Source: Vicugna vicugna (taxonomy: Eukaryota). From it: a stretch of DNA of 64,000 bases. The notes beneath the pieces were generated by a model. It had not been told where the DNA came from. It worked only from the letters and a program-made list of their open reading frames with translations, and ran no database searches. Shown here piece by piece: positions 63,883 to 64,000 of the stretch. Position 1 is the first letter of the stretch. Each line of letters starts with the position of its first letter. The stretch covers positions 1,981,319 through 2,045,318 of the forward strand of contig MU061579.1 of the NCBI GenBank assembly GCA_013265495.1. Direction: 5' to 3'. The position numbers were made by a program, and so were the translations under genes.

Positions 63883-64000
63883 CTCATAGACATAGAATAC
63901 AAACTTGTGGTTGCCACGGGGTGAGGTGGGAAGGGATAGACTGGGAGTTCAAAATTTGTAGATACTGACAGGCATATATAGAATACATAAACAAGATTAT
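63883..64000 (+). mobile_element. Young L1 3' UTR, continuing past the window end
   Basis: 'ctcatagacatagaatacaaacttgtggttgcc...gggatagactgggagttc'. Confidence 0.8.

Noticed and set aside
1..64000. CRISPR array, prokaryotic operon, NUMT or non-retroviral endogenous viral element
   Set aside because: No regularly spaced repeat-spacer array, no long ORFs, and no mitochondrial or viral protein similarity recognised by eye; a highly decayed element cannot be excluded without BLASTx.

Overview
Mammalian, AT-rich, repeat-dense non-coding DNA. It is most likely camelid (alpaca/llama/camel): a tRNA-derived SINE at ~62.3 kb and several young L1 3' ends resemble camelid elements as I recall them. I recognise no known protein-coding gene. 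The only ORFs with recognisable homology are decayed LINE-1 ORF2 fragments. The window is a mosaic of MIR, L2, old and young L1, MaLR (MLT1), ERVL (MLT2), ERV1 solo LTRs and hAT MITEs, with several nested or 5'-inverted insertions. The standout is an isolated CpG island at ~53.5-54.1 kb overlapping a minus-strand ERV1-type solo LTR. That LTR keeps CCAAT and TATA-like motifs, but its expected poly(A) signal reads AATGAA. The ATG inside that hexamer opens a 109-codon frame that runs out of the LTR to a phase-0 splice donor. This is a candidate LTR-born promoter/first exon (lncRNA or de novo proto-gene). Repeat family names are by-eye matches to remembered consensus sequences and boundaries are approximate; no database search was run.
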